Positions 51,158-61,666 of a DNA stretch of 64,000 nucleotides are shown piece after piece. The DNA lies in assembly GCA_963843145.1 (NCBI GenBank), contig CAWJJC010000010.1, positions 64,001 through 128,000 on the forward strand, read 5' to 3'. The notes below the pieces were generated by a model, which saw only the letters and a list, made by a program, of their open reading frames with translations, was not told the DNA's origin and ran no database searches. The translations under genes were made by a program, and so were the position numbers. Within the stretch, counting starts at the first letter, position 1. Each line of letters opens with the position of its first letter. This DNA comes from an uncultured delta proteobacterium. GTDB lineage: Bacteria; Desulfobacterota; RBG-13-43-22.

Positions 51158-52369
51158 TTACCAGTCATAGACTTCCTTCTCGATAACTGTCGCTACTCCC
51201 TGGCCGCCGCCTACGCAGGCATTGGCCAGGCCGTAGCGGCCGCCTTTGACGTTCAGGGTCCGGGCCAGGGTTCCCACCAAACGGATACCGGTGGCCCCCA
51301 GCGCGTGGCCGATAGCCGTACCGCCGCCCATGGCATTCACCTTTTCCGGGTCGAGGCCCAGTTCCTTGATACAGTTCAGGACCACGATACAGAAGGCTTC
51401 ATTGATTTCCCAAAAATCGATGTCCGAGGCCTTCAATCCCGCCTTTTCCAGGGCCATCTTGCTGGCCGGAACCGGTCCCGCCCCCATGATGGTCGGGTCC
51501 ACCCCGGCAATGCCCATGGACCGGATGGTCGCCAGGGGCTTGATCCCTTTCTTCTTGGCCGTATCTTTGGACATGAGCACCATACTGCTGGCGGCGGCGT
51601 TGAGGGGGGAGGAATTTCCCGGAGTGATGACCCCGTCTTTCTTGAAAGCCGGCCGCAGACCGGCCAGCCCTTCCAGGGTTGTGTCGCCCCGGACGGCCTG
51701 ATCCTTATCGACCGTCAGGATCGTTCCGTCGGCTTGTTCGGCCTCTACGGGCAGGATCTCCCCCGCCAGGAAGCCGTCGGCCTGGGACTGGGCCGCCCTT
51801 TGATGGGAGCGGACGCCCCATTGATCCAGATCTTCCTTGGTAAGGCCGGACTGAGCGAACAGCTTTTCCGCCGTCAGCCCCATGTTGGTGGACGTCATCA
51901 TGTCCCAGTGCAGGTAGGCCGGGTCCGTATAAAGCGCCATGTTCGGGACGATATGTCCCCGGTCGATGGTGGCCAGGCCCATGGGCACCCGGGTCATATT
52001 CTCATAGCCTCCGGTCAGGACGATATCGCAGAATCCCTGGGCGATCTCCATAAACCCGACATGAATGGCCGCCATGGAAGATCCGCACTGCTGGTCCACA
52101 AACTTGGCCGGTATCGTTTCCGGGAAATTGGCCAAAAAGATGGGGTTACGCCCACCATAGGCCCACTGCTCGCCCACGGCCGTGGCGCAGCCGACGACAA
52201 AGTCATCGATTTCTTTGGGGTCCAATCCGGTCCTTTTGACGACCTCGGGAAGGAGTTTGGCCAGGAGCTCGTCTCCCCGCATCTTGCAAAACACGTCCCG
52301 GGCCGGGTCATTGGGCCGGGATCGGGACTGGGCTGTTCTTAAATATCCGGCAATCACTACTTCTTTCAT
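51158..52369 (-). CDS. Acetyl-CoA acyltransferase (thiolase, FadA-like)
   Basis: QQCGSS, NEAF, GHALG, CVGGGQG. Confidence 0.92.
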   Translation of the reverse strand: MKEVVIAGYLRTAQSRSRPNDPARDVFCKMRGDELLAKLLPEVVKRTGLDPKEIDDFVVGCATAVGEQWAYGGRNPIFLANFPETIPAKFVDQQCGSSMAAIHVGFMEIAQGFCDIVLTGGYENMTRVPMGLATIDRGHIVPNMALYTDPAYLHWDMMTSTNMGLTAEKLFAQSGLTKEDLDQWGVRSHQRAAQSQADGFLAGEILPVEAEQADGTILTVDKDQAVRGDTTLEGLAGLRPAFKKDGVITPGNSSPLNAAASSMVLMSKDTAKKKGIKPLATIRSMGIAGVDPTIMGAGPVPASKMALEKAGLKASDIDFWEINEAFCIVVLNCIKELGLDPEKVNAMGGGTAIGHALGATGIRLVGTLARTLNVKGGRYGLANACVGGGQGVATVIEKEVYDW

Positions 52370-52390
52370 AATGTTCCTCCTGTTTTGATT

Positions 52391-52492
52391 CACCGCAAAG
52401 ACGCCAAGAACGCAAAGGAATTCTTTTAGTCGCCGGCTGAGCCGGCAATAAAAAATATTTCTTTCTCTTTGCGCACTTTGCGTCTTTCCAGT
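52391..52492. repeat. 9-mer (CGCAAAG-type) inverted repeat element
   Basis: caccgcaaagacgccaagaacgcaaag ... ctttgcgcactttgcgtcttt; similar at 62714-62890; half copy at 44877-44904. Confidence 0.7.
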
Positions 52493-52508
52493 GAATATTT
52501 TTGTGTTT

Positions 52509-54653
52509 TCAATCCTTATAAAAAGTCTTATTGGCCTCGGCCATTTCTTTCAAAAGCTTGGCCGGCCGGAAGCGAAAACCGTATTGCTTCTCCAGGGCCA
52601 GCAGCTTTTCATAGACGTTTTTGACACCCCATTTATCGGCATAACGCAGGATCCCGCCCCGATAGGGTGGAAATCCGGTGCCGTAGATCATGGCCAGATC
52701 CATATCCCAGGGCCGATCACAGATCCCTTCCTCGATCATCAGGGCTGCCTCGTTGATGGCCTGGGCCAGCATCGTGTCCACGACTTCCTGATAGCTTATC
52801 TTCTTAGGGGAGACCGCATTTTCCTTCCAATACTGTTGAACCACTTCGGCGATTTTCGGGTTAGGGGTTACGGTCTTGCCCTGGTAAATGAAATAACCCG
52901 ACCCGGTTTTACGGCCATAGCAGCCGGTCTGATAAATCCGCTCCGTGAGAGGGTGAATTTTGTAGCGTTCACCCAGCCGCTGCTCAAAAGTTTTGTTGAC
53001 GTGGTAGTTGATATCGATCCCGGTCAGGTCGGCCAGGGTGGCCGGGCCCATGGGCATACCGAAATCCATCATCGCCTCTTCGATGATCCGGCCCTCTACC
53101 CCGTCGGCCACCAGGAACACGGACCCGCCCATCAGGCCGCCGAGCTGCCGGGAGACATAGAAACCCGGCCCGTCGTTGACCACGATAGGTATTTTCTTGA
53201 TATTCCGGCCGAAGGCCACACTGCTGGCCAGGGTCTGGTCCGAGGTCTGCTGGGCGCAGATGATTTCCAGAAGCTGCATCCGGTGGGCCGGGTTGAAGAA
53301 ATGCAGGCCGATCATCCGGCCGGGGTCCTTGAGGACCGAGGCCATTTCAGTGATCGGCAGGGCGCTGGTATTCGTCCCGAAAATGACCTCCGGACGGCAG
53401 ATCCCTTCCAGTTTCAACCAGATGTCCTGCTTGACCTTCATGTTCTCCAACACCGCCTCGATCACCAGGTCCACGTCCTTCAAATCCTCCAGGGCGGTGG
53501 TGGTGGTCAGCCGGGCCTGAATCATTTTTTCCAGGTCGGCCGGGATCAGCTTCTTCTTCTTGATCGGGTAGTCGAAAGTTTTCCGGATAGCGGCCACCCC
53601 CTTCTCGAGAGCGCTGTCGTTGATATCCCAGAGGACCGCTTCGAAGCCGTTGGCCAGCAGGAGGTTGACGATTCCGGACCCCATGACCCCGCCGCCCAGC
53701 ATGGCCACTTTTTTGATTTTGGCCGGCTCCAGGCCCTTGATCCGGGGCAGCCGCCCGGCCGCCCGGGTGTTCAGGAAGATGCCGATCAGGTTCTTGCACA
53801 CATCGGTTAAGGCGCATTCGCTGAAGAGCTCCACTTCACGTTCGATATCCGCCTCGATGTCGAAGCCCAACCCCTTTTCCACGGCCTCGATGGCTTTGAA
53901 GGGCGCGATATATCCCTTGGCCTTGTTCATAGTCATCATTTTGACGTAATTCAGGAAGGGCTTTTTCTCCGCGGCGCTGGGCAACCGGTCGATCTTGTTC
54001 CGGGTCCGGCGCAGGTCCAGCCGGGGCCGCCCGGAGAGAAACCGTCCGGCCGCCTTTAAGGCGGCCTCGATCAGCTTTTCCGCAGGGACGACTTCATCCA
54101 CCAGACCCCGCTGCAGGGCCTTTTCGGCCTTGATCGGAGCGCCGGTGGTGATCATCTCGATGGCGTTGGGCAGGCCGATCAGTCGGGGCAGCCGCTGGGT
54201 ACCGCCGGCTCCCGGAATCAGGCCGATTTGGACCTCGGGCTGACCCAGGTTGACCCCCGGCGTGGCCACCCGGTAATGGCAGGCCATGGCCGTCTCCAAC
54301 CCTCCGCCCAGGCAGTTCCCGTTAATGGCGGCGATGACCGGCTTGGGGGCCATCTCGATCCAGTTCAGGAAGCGGGCCGCCTCCAGGGCCGGGCCAAAAA
54401 TATCTTCCCTCTTTTTAACCAGTTGCAGCCGGGTGATATCCGCTCCGGCAATGAAATTCTTTCCGGTGCCGGTCAGGACGATGGCCTTGACGTCCCCATC
54501 CTGCATGGCCTCACGGATGGCCGCCCCGAAGTCCTGCATCAATTGAGGCGACATCTGGTTCACCGGGGGGTTGTCTAGTGTTAGAATCGCCACCCCGTCT
54601 TGCAGTGTCACTTTTACAGTTTGGTAGTCTGTTTTCATAAGCGATAACTCCAA
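52509..54653 (-). CDS. fadB: Multifunctional enoyl-CoA hydratase/3-hydroxyacyl-CoA dehydrogenase
   Basis: AGADI, GGGLE, PEVQIGLIPGAGGTQRLPRL, GGGVMG, HFFNP. Confidence 0.9.
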   Translation of the reverse strand: MELSLMKTDYQTVKVTLQDGVAILTLDNPPVNQMSPQLMQDFGAAIREAMQDGDVKAIVLTGTGKNFIAGADITRLQLVKKREDIFGPALEAARFLNWIEMAPKPVIAAINGNCLGGGLETAMACHYRVATPGVNLGQPEVQIGLIPGAGGTQRLPRLIGLPNAIEMITTGAPIKAEKALQRGLVDEVVPAEKLIEAALKAAGRFLSGRPRLDLRRTRNKIDRLPSAAEKKPFLNYVKMMTMNKAKGYIAPFKAIEAVEKGLGFDIEADIEREVELFSECALTDVCKNLIGIFLNTRAAGRLPRIKGLEPAKIKKVAMLGGGVMGSGIVNLLLANGFEAVLWDINDSALEKGVAAIRKTFDYPIKKKKLIPADLEKMIQARLTTTTALEDLKDVDLVIEAVLENMKVKQDIWLKLEGICRPEVIFGTNTSALPITEMASVLKDPGRMIGLHFFNPAHRMQLLEIICAQQTSDQTLASSVAFGRNIKKIPIVVNDGPGFYVSRQLGGLMGGSVFLVADGVEGRIIEEAMMDFGMPMGPATLADLTGIDINYHVNKTFEQRLGERYKIHPLTERIYQTGCYGRKTGSGYFIYQGKTVTPNPKIAEVVQQYWKENAVSPKKISYQEVVDTMLAQAINEAALMIEEGICDRPWDMDLAMIYGTGFPPYRGGILRYADKWGVKNVYEKLLALEKQYGFRFRPAKLLKEMAEANKTFYKD

Positions 54654-54672
54654 TGTGATTTGGTGGATGTTT

Positions 54673-54912
54673 AAATTCGAAATCCGAAATCCGAAATCCG
54701 AAACAAATTCAAATTTTCAAAATTCGAATGACCAAAAGATCTCCCCCTCCCTTGACGGGAGGGGGTTGGGGGGTGGGTGAGTTTCTGAACCACCGCCTTA
54801 TCCTTTTCGTTTCCTTGTCACCCCTACCCCGTCAGGGGAGAAAAAACGTTTCAAATTTTTTTATTCGGTCATTTGAATTTGTTTCGGATTTCGGATTTCG
54901 AGTTTCGGATTT
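54673..54912. repeat. Heptamer inverted repeat element with a nested CCCTCCC...GGGAGGG element
   Basis: (aaatccg)n ... (cggattt)n enclosing ccctcccttgacgggaggggg...cccctaccccgtcaggggag. Confidence 0.75.
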
Positions 54913-56576
54913 ATTTTTTTATTTTGGCTTCTTCTTCAGCCCGCAGGACCTTCCGCAGGATCTTCCCGACTGCCGATTTGGGCAGGCCCTCCCGGAATTC
55001 CACCTGTTTGGGCACCTTGTAGGCGGCCAAATGCTCTTTACAGAAACCGACGATCTCTTCGGGTGTGGCTGTTACTCCCTCCTTCAAGACCACATAGGCC
55101 TTGACTGTCTCCCCCCGGTACTGATCGGCCAAGCCTACACAAACGGCCTCCTGGATCTTGGGGTGCTGGAAGAGCACTTCATCGATCTCCCGGGGATAGA
55201 TATTGAAGCCCCCGGCGATGATCATGTCTTTCTTGCGGTCCACGATGTACAGGTAGTCATCCTCGTCCCAAACGGCGATGTCCCCCGTATGCAGCCAACC
55301 GTCCCGGAGCTGTCCCTGGGTTTCCTCCGGGTTGTTCCAGTAGCCCTGCATGACCAGAGGGCTTCGAATGAGGATTTCCCCCGGTTCTCCCCGGGGCACA
55401 TCCTCTCTTCCGTCGACCACGTCCACCAGCCTGACATCCGTATCCGGCCAGGGGATGCCGATACTGCCGGGTTTGCGTAGGCCAAACACCGGGTTGCTGA
55501 TGCCCAGGGAGGTGGTCTCGCTCATGCCCCAGCCCTCGGAATACGAAATGCCCAGGTCCTTGACCTGCTCGATCAATTCCAGGGGCATGGGGGCGGCCCC
55601 GGAGTTGAGCATCTTGATCTTTCGGTCCAGGTTCAGCTCCTCCGCCTTGGGATGCTTGAGCAGGGCGTTGATCAGGGTGGGCACAGCCGGAAAAAAAGTG
55701 ATTTCCTTGAACCCGGCCAAGCAGGCCCATAAATTCTTCGATTTCAAAGCGGGGGACCAGGTACTGGGTGGCGCCGTTGATGATGGCCCAACCCTGGCAG
55801 ACGATCGTCCCGTAGACATGGAAATAAGGCAACACGGCGAGGACCGACCGCCGCTCCGGCGGAACCAATCCGGTGGTCATTTTGCCCCAGACGGCCACCT
55901 GGACCGTGGCGGCCACGATATTCCCGTGGGTCAGGACAGCCCCCTTGGGAATGCCGGTCGTCCCGCCGGTGAATTGGATCAGGGCCGGATCTTCGGGCAG
56001 GATGGCTACCCGCGGCACCCGGGTTTGGGTGCAGTTTTCAATCAACTGCGAGAAATGGTGCCAGCCTGCCGGCAGGCCCAATTCGGCCGGCGTGCTCTGA
56101 GGCATCCCCTGGATATAGTCCGTGACCCGGGTCACGACCACCCGCGTAATAGGAACCGCCTCGGTGACCAAGACGATATTGGGCAGAACCATATCGAAGG
56201 TGAATAGCGTGGAAAGGCCCGTGTCAGTCACGATCCGCTTCAGTTCGTCCGGGGTATACATGGGGTTGAGATTGACGCCGACGGCCCCCAGGGAAAGCAC
56301 GGCATGATAGGCGATCACGTATTGCGGGCAAGTGGGCAGATGGAGCCCCACCCGGTCCCCTTTCCGGACGCCCAGTTCCCCCAGGGCATTAGCCAGTCGC
56401 AACACCTGCCGACGCAGGTCGTAGTAGGAAATCTCGCTGCCGTAGAAATGCGTGGCCGCCTTGTCCGGGAACCCGTTGGCCGTATAATGCAAAAAATCCT
56501 GGACCGGGATGCGGGGGTAACGCAGGGTAAGCGGGACTTCATAGTCGTAGTGGCGTTGCCAGGGTCTGGGTTCCAT
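54911..56576 (-). CDS. Long-chain fatty-acid-CoA ligase, frameshift near 55720
   Basis: [34 protein letters not shown]. Confidence 0.9.
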
Positions 56577-56593
56577 GAAAAGCCTTCCTCAAT

Positions 56594-57286
56594 TCAAATT
56601 GTTTTCTGGGATTTTTCGGAAGAAGGTCGTCTTCCGGTGGCCTTTTTCTTTTCCGCACCCAGGTTGACCTGAAACTGCCAGGCCTTTTCCTCCTCCGGGG
56701 CCTTGATCCCCCCGATGATCAGATCGGTTAAGGGATCCACCATGTCGATCAGGTTCTCCGGTTTTCCAAGAAGCACCTGCCTGATAACCAGATGTTCAAT
56801 GGCTCCCAGGATGGTCGACCGCACCAGATAGGGATTGATGTCGGACTTGAATTCACCCTTGGCTATTCCTTCTTTGATTATCCGAATCATAATCCGGGAA
56901 AGTTCCTGGACATCCTGATAAGCCTGCATCTCCAAAAATTTCCGGTTCTGTTTGAGAATCAGCATGGCCACGGAGGCATAATCCGGGTTATTCTGGTAAA
57001 AATATAGATGGTGATATACGAAGGCTCTGACCTTGTCCGCCGTCCCCCGGATAAACTGAAGGATGTACTCCAGATTTTCTCTTCCCCGGCGGGCTGTTTC
57101 CCCGGGGAGAGAAAAAAGAAGTTCCTCTTTGGAGGGGAAATATTCGTAGATAGTGGCGTCCGAGACCTTGGCCTCCCGGGCCACGTCCGAGATGGTAGCC
57201 TCCTGGTATCCTTTCTGCGCAAAGGTCCGCTCGGCCGCCAGCAAAATCTGCTCTTTTCGGGTCTGCATTTTTTTTTGAATAGCCAA
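56594..57286 (-). CDS. TetR family regulator
   Basis: FAQKGYQEATISDVAR...TIYEYFPSKEEL. Confidence 0.9.
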   Translation of the reverse strand: MAIQKKMQTRKEQILLAAERTFAQKGYQEATISDVAREAKVSDATIYEYFPSKEELLFSLPGETARRGRENLEYILQFIRGTADKVRAFVYHHLYFYQNNPDYASVAMLILKQNRKFLEMQAYQDVQELSRIMIRIIKEGIAKGEFKSDINPYLVRSTILGAIEHLVIRQVLLGKPENLIDMVDPLTDLIIGGIKAPEEEKAWQFQVNLGAEKKKATGRRPSSEKSQKTI

Positions 57287-57304
57287 GACTTTTCTCCTTT
57301 TCGG

Positions 57305-58633
57305 TCAACTGACCCGAAAAAAAGTTTCATCGAATTCGGGCCGCCCCTGATAACGCTGCAGGAAGAATCCCGGCAGTTGATCGAAGTTTTCAAAAAGCCC
57401 GGGATTGGCCTCGATACCCGCCTGATGGAGTGCCTTGACCAGGTCATCCATTTTGGGAGGACAGCCCTTGATGGCGATCATTTCTTGTATATTCGGGTCA
57501 TTTTTATTGGCCTCGTAAATGCACTGGCCGACCAAGATAGTTTTTTTCTTCCCCGGCGTGGGCTTCATCATCTTACCGGTCAAGACCTCCACCTCGTCCC
57601 AGGGTTGGCCTTTCCAGGCGTGACGGATAGCGGTCAACATCAGCCCGTTGATCCCGGAACAGTAGGTGCACATGGACAAGTCGTATTTATGGTACGTCAA
57701 GCCCTTGAGGCCCTCTTTGGCCAGGGGGACCGGTAGGGTCCCGCTTTCATTCGACACGTAAGCAAAATCGTATTCGTGGCGGGAGGCGACCCCTTCCAGG
57801 GGCTCCCCGACCAAATCAATGTCCGAGAGATCCAGGGGCCGGCCCTGGTTTCGGGCGGCGTGGACCAGATGGGGAACCTCGGCCGGTTCGTATCCCAAAA
57901 CCCTGGCCCCCACCAGATCGGCGGTCAGCAGATCGGCCGAGGCGACCAGGATATTGCTGCGGCGAATCTTGCCGTCGAAACTGGGTCCCCGCTCGTTGGT
58001 ATAGATCCCGTCCAACAGAGCAAAGACCGGGGGGAGCTTCTCCGGAAGCCGGGCGATCATATAATTGAGATCTTTTTCCGGATCGGCGCTGTGGCACTTC
58101 TTCCGGGAAGGAATATTGAGAACTCCCTTCAAATTCTTGATGCCCAGGCTGACCACGGCCTGATTGTGGGTCTTGAGCACAGGCACATCCACGATAAAAT
58201 CGCTGTCCAGGAAATCGGCGCTGAATTGCAGCACGATCCCTTCCCCCAGATCGACTTTCTTAAAGTGCCCCTCGAAGACATTGAGGCACTTCACCCCGTA
58301 GCGTTTTTCCAGCGCCCGATAGCCCAGGGTCTCGAAGGCGTGGGCCGGGGTTTCCGTGTCTTTGGGGTTCATGGTAACCGTGCCTTCGCCAATGGTGATG
58401 TCGTCAATCCCCCTTTCCTTGAGCAGGATCACCAGATCCTCCACCACCCTTGAAGTGGTAATGACCCCCCACTTGGGGAAAGGCACCACTCGGGTCCAGA
58501 AGACAATATTAGGTTTGATAAAGACCCTGGCCCGAGCGGGAAGCCGGTCCAGTCCCCGGGAAAGAGCAACGGCCCTTCTCACCGATTCTCCGGGAGTTTC
58601 ATATCGGACAATAGCAGCGGTAAAGCGATTCAT
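57305..58633 (-). CDS. DUF362-domain Fe-S protein (paralog of 49638-50960)
   Basis: FIKPNIVFW, PVLKTH, CTYCSG, KGCPP. Confidence 0.8.
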   Translation of the reverse strand: MNRFTAAIVRYETPGESVRRAVALSRGLDRLPARARVFIKPNIVFWTRVVPFPKWGVITTSRVVEDLVILLKERGIDDITIGEGTVTMNPKDTETPAHAFETLGYRALEKRYGVKCLNVFEGHFKKVDLGEGIVLQFSADFLDSDFIVDVPVLKTHNQAVVSLGIKNLKGVLNIPSRKKCHSADPEKDLNYMIARLPEKLPPVFALLDGIYTNERGPSFDGKIRRSNILVASADLLTADLVGARVLGYEPAEVPHLVHAARNQGRPLDLSDIDLVGEPLEGVASRHEYDFAYVSNESGTLPVPLAKEGLKGLTYHKYDLSMCTYCSGINGLMLTAIRHAWKGQPWDEVEVLTGKMMKPTPGKKKTILVGQCIYEANKNDPNIQEMIAIKGCPPKMDDLVKALHQAGIEANPGLFENFDQLPGFFLQRYQGRPEFDETFFRVS

Positions 58634-59160
58634 GGTTTTTCTCCCCCCTTTTTGATGGTCCACTCTGGCTCATGCCCCGGAGGATCCGGGGTTGAGGAAA
58701 GGCCAGCGTTGAATCGGTTTTGCTCTCCGGGAACAGATCCGATTAGTAGAGACTCAGTTTGATTTAGTTCTATTTTTTTTAGAAGAGGCTTTTTATTTTT
58801 CTATTTTTGAAAAAGTGTATAGAAAAAGTCAAGAAAAAAAATAGTTACTATAAAGTAAATTGATAAATAATACTTGACTTTTAAAAAAGGGGTTGATAAA
58901 TAATTCAGGATTGATGAATATCATTCGCATCCTGTAATGTAATAAAATGCCTTTTTCGTTCCAGACCATCTTGAATCAGTTGTTATCGCTCCCGACATGG
59001 GAGTTAAAAGGAAATATCTTTTCAACCTTAACTAACTGGCTTTAAGCATGACCATGGGTAAAGGTGTCCCCCCAACCGCATTTCATTTCCTCAGGTTGTT
59101 TTGGTGTATTCCCTGCCATTTCTGTCCCATAATCCCAATCATCAAAAGGAGGAGGAACGT

Positions 59161-60480
59161 ATGATGAAGAAACGAACAGTTGGATGGACTTTTTTTCTGG
59201 TCGTCAGTTTGGTCGTACTGGCGCTATCCTTCACGGTGGAGGCCAGGACCATTAAGATCGGGGTCATCGGCCCGATGAATTTCGTCCAGGGCAAGGGCCA
59301 CTGGAACGGGGCCCTCATGGCGGCCGATGAGATCAATGCCAAGGGCGGCGTGCAGGTAGGCAAGGAGAAGATGAAAATCGAACTGGTCAAGGCCGATTCC
59401 AACGAATTCTTGAATGTGACCGATGCCACCAATGCCATGGAGCGCTTGCTCACCAGCGACAAGGTGGATTTCGTGGTCGGTGGTTTCCGGACTGAAGCCG
59501 TGCTGGCCATGCAGGATATTGTCGCCGATTATAAAAAAATATTCATCGGCTGCGGCGCCGCCCACCCGGAACTCTGCACCCGGGTAGCCAAGGACTATAA
59601 AAGGTATAAATATTTCTTCCGGGGCACGCCCTTCAATTCCTCTTTTCTGGGACGGACCTGTTTTATCCAGATGGCCACGGTCGGGGCTATCCTGAAAAAA
59701 ACCCTGAACTTGCCCAAGATCAAGGTCGCCGTGGTGGCGGAAAAAGCCGTCTGGGTGGACCCCATGGTGGAAGCCGCCAAAGCCCAGATCCCCAAGATGG
59801 GCATGGAGCTGGTCGGCGTCTGGCAGCCCTCGCAGACGGCCACCGACGTAACGGCCGAACTCACGGCCATTCAGAAATCCGGTGCGCAATTGATCTTCAC
59901 CGCTTTTTCGGCTTCGGTGGGCATCACCTTTGCCCGACAGGCCGGCGAGTTGAAAATACCGGCCGTCCAGGTGGGCATCAATGTGGAAGCCCAGAAAGAC
60001 GGATTCTGGGAAGCCACCAAGGGCATGGGAAATTATGTCACCACCCTGGACACCTATATAATGAGCGTGGAATATAACGAGCTGACCCGGCCTTTTTTGG
60101 ATACCTATCATAAGAAATTTAATGAGGTGCCCACCTACACGGCCGACACCTATGCGGCCATCGTCCATGGGCTGGTCCCGTCCATCGAAGCCGTGGGATC
60201 TCTGGATACAGACAAAATCATCGCCAGTCTGGAGAACCGGGAGTACCTGGTACCCGCTGGGAAAGTGAAGTACATGAAAGACGCTGAGGGTAAACCGCTC
60301 CACGACTTGACCTGGGGACCGGGGTACCTGACCAGTCTGGGGGTCCAGTGGCAGGACGGCAAACAGGCCGGAATCTGGCCCAATAAGTGGAAGGCGGCCG
60401 AAGGCGCCCCGGAAGTTACCTACAAGGGTATCGTAGCTTACAAGATTCCACCCTGGATGATTCAGAAGTATAAAAAATAA
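59161..60480 (+). CDS. Liv-type ABC substrate-binding protein
   Basis: Signal peptide, IKIGVIGP, GGFRTE; GGAGG RBS. Confidence 0.88.
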   Translation: MMKKRTVGWTFFLVVSLVVLALSFTVEARTIKIGVIGPMNFVQGKGHWNGALMAADEINAKGGVQVGKEKMKIELVKADSNEFLNVTDATNAMERLLTSDKVDFVVGGFRTEAVLAMQDIVADYKKIFIGCGAAHPELCTRVAKDYKRYKYFFRGTPFNSSFLGRTCFIQMATVGAILKKTLNLPKIKVAVVAEKAVWVDPMVEAAKAQIPKMGMELVGVWQPSQTATDVTAELTAIQKSGAQLIFTAFSASVGITFARQAGELKIPAVQVGINVEAQKDGFWEATKGMGNYVTTLDTYIMSVEYNELTRPFLDTYHKKFNEVPTYTADTYAAIVHGLVPSIEAVGSLDTDKIIASLENREYLVPAGKVKYMKDAEGKPLHDLTWGPGYLTSLGVQWQDGKQAGIWPNKWKAAEGAPEVTYKGIVAYKIPPWMIQKYKK

Positions 60481-60629
60481 ATTTATCATTAGCCTCACGC
60501 TCCCTCGCCCTTGATCCCGCCTACGGCGGGAGAGGGGCTGGGGGGGGTGATGCCGTTTGGGATGATGATCGAGAATTCACCCATATCAAAATATGAATGG
60601 CCTCAACATAAGTACCAACATCGTAGAGC

Positions 60630-60712
60630 GTCATTCCCGCAGCGCTTCTGAGCGGGAAGCTAGGTTTTTCTCAGGAAACTCTGGATCCCCGATAAAGACA
60701 TTCGGGGATGAC
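60630..60712. repeat. GTCATTCCC...GGGGATGAC palindromic element (copy E)
   Basis: Closely similar to 7449-7531. Confidence 0.8.
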
Positions 60713-60800
60713 AAGAAATTAGATGTAAAAAGAACAAAGAGACAATTATTGAAGCAACCATACGCCCTTAACTGACCGGGTCTCCTAAGGAGAATATTTT

Positions 60801-61664
60801 TTGGACATCATCATCAGCGGCCTCATCAGCGGCAGCATGTACGCCCTGCTGGCTATCGGCTTTTCCCTGATCTTCGGGGTAGCCCGCATCGTCAACATCG
60901 CCCACACCGCCTTCTACATGGTGGCCTCCTACTGCATTTACTTCGTGGGACGCAAATTCGGCCTCAACCCCGTATTGTCCATGCTGACGGGAATACTGGT
61001 GGTTACCCTCTTCGGTCTGATCGCCTACAAACTGTTCATCGACCCCATTCGGGAACACGAGGCCGCCGTCTTGATCGCCACCATAGCCCTGGCCATCATT
61101 TTTCAGGAAGTCATGCTCCTGATATTCACCGGAGACTTCCTGAGTGTTTCGGCCCTGATCGGGGGATTCGTTAAAATTTTCGGCATCAAGGTTTTTTACC
61201 AACAGATCCTTACCTTTGTCGCCGTCATCGTGATGATGGCCGTCCTCTGGTTCCTGCTGATGAAGACCAAGCTGGGATTGGCCATCCGCTCCACCGCCGA
61301 AGACCGCGAAGTAGCCAACTTGATGGGCATGAATGAGAGCCGCCTGGCCTTGATCACGTTATGCATCTCAGTCGGATTGGCAGGGTTTACCGGGGCGGTG
61401 ATCGTCCCCTTGACGATTTTGAACCCCTATATGTGGATGGAGCCTTTAATCATGATGATGGCCGTGGTGGTCCTGGGCGGACTGGGCAGCATCAAAGGGA
61501 GCGTAGTGGCGGCCTATATCCTCGGGTTTGCAGAAGCTCTGGTGGTCTTCCTGATACCCAAAGGGGCCTTTCTGAAGGGTTCGGTCGCCCTATCCATTAT
61601 GATCCTGGTGCTGCTGATCCGGCCGGAAGGTCTGTTCGGGGTCGCCTTTGAGGAAGAGCGTTAA
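60801..61664 (+). CDS. livH: LivH-like permease
   Basis: GFSLIFGVARIVNIAH, LGGLGS, IRPEGLFG. Confidence 0.88.
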   Translation: MDIIISGLISGSMYALLAIGFSLIFGVARIVNIAHTAFYMVASYCIYFVGRKFGLNPVLSMLTGILVVTLFGLIAYKLFIDPIREHEAAVLIATIALAIIFQEVMLLIFTGDFLSVSALIGGFVKIFGIKVFYQQILTFVAVIVMMAVLWFLLMKTKLGLAIRSTAEDREVANLMGMNESRLALITLCISVGLAGFTGAVIVPLTILNPYMWMEPLIMMMAVVVLGGLGSIKGSVVAAYILGFAEALVVFLIPKGAFLKGSVALSIMILVLLIRPEGLFGVAFEEER

Positions 61665-61666
61665 CC

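Noticed and set aside
54673-54912. CRISPR array
   Set aside because: Repeats are short tandem heptamers in inverted arrangement without unique spacers; no cas genes in the window
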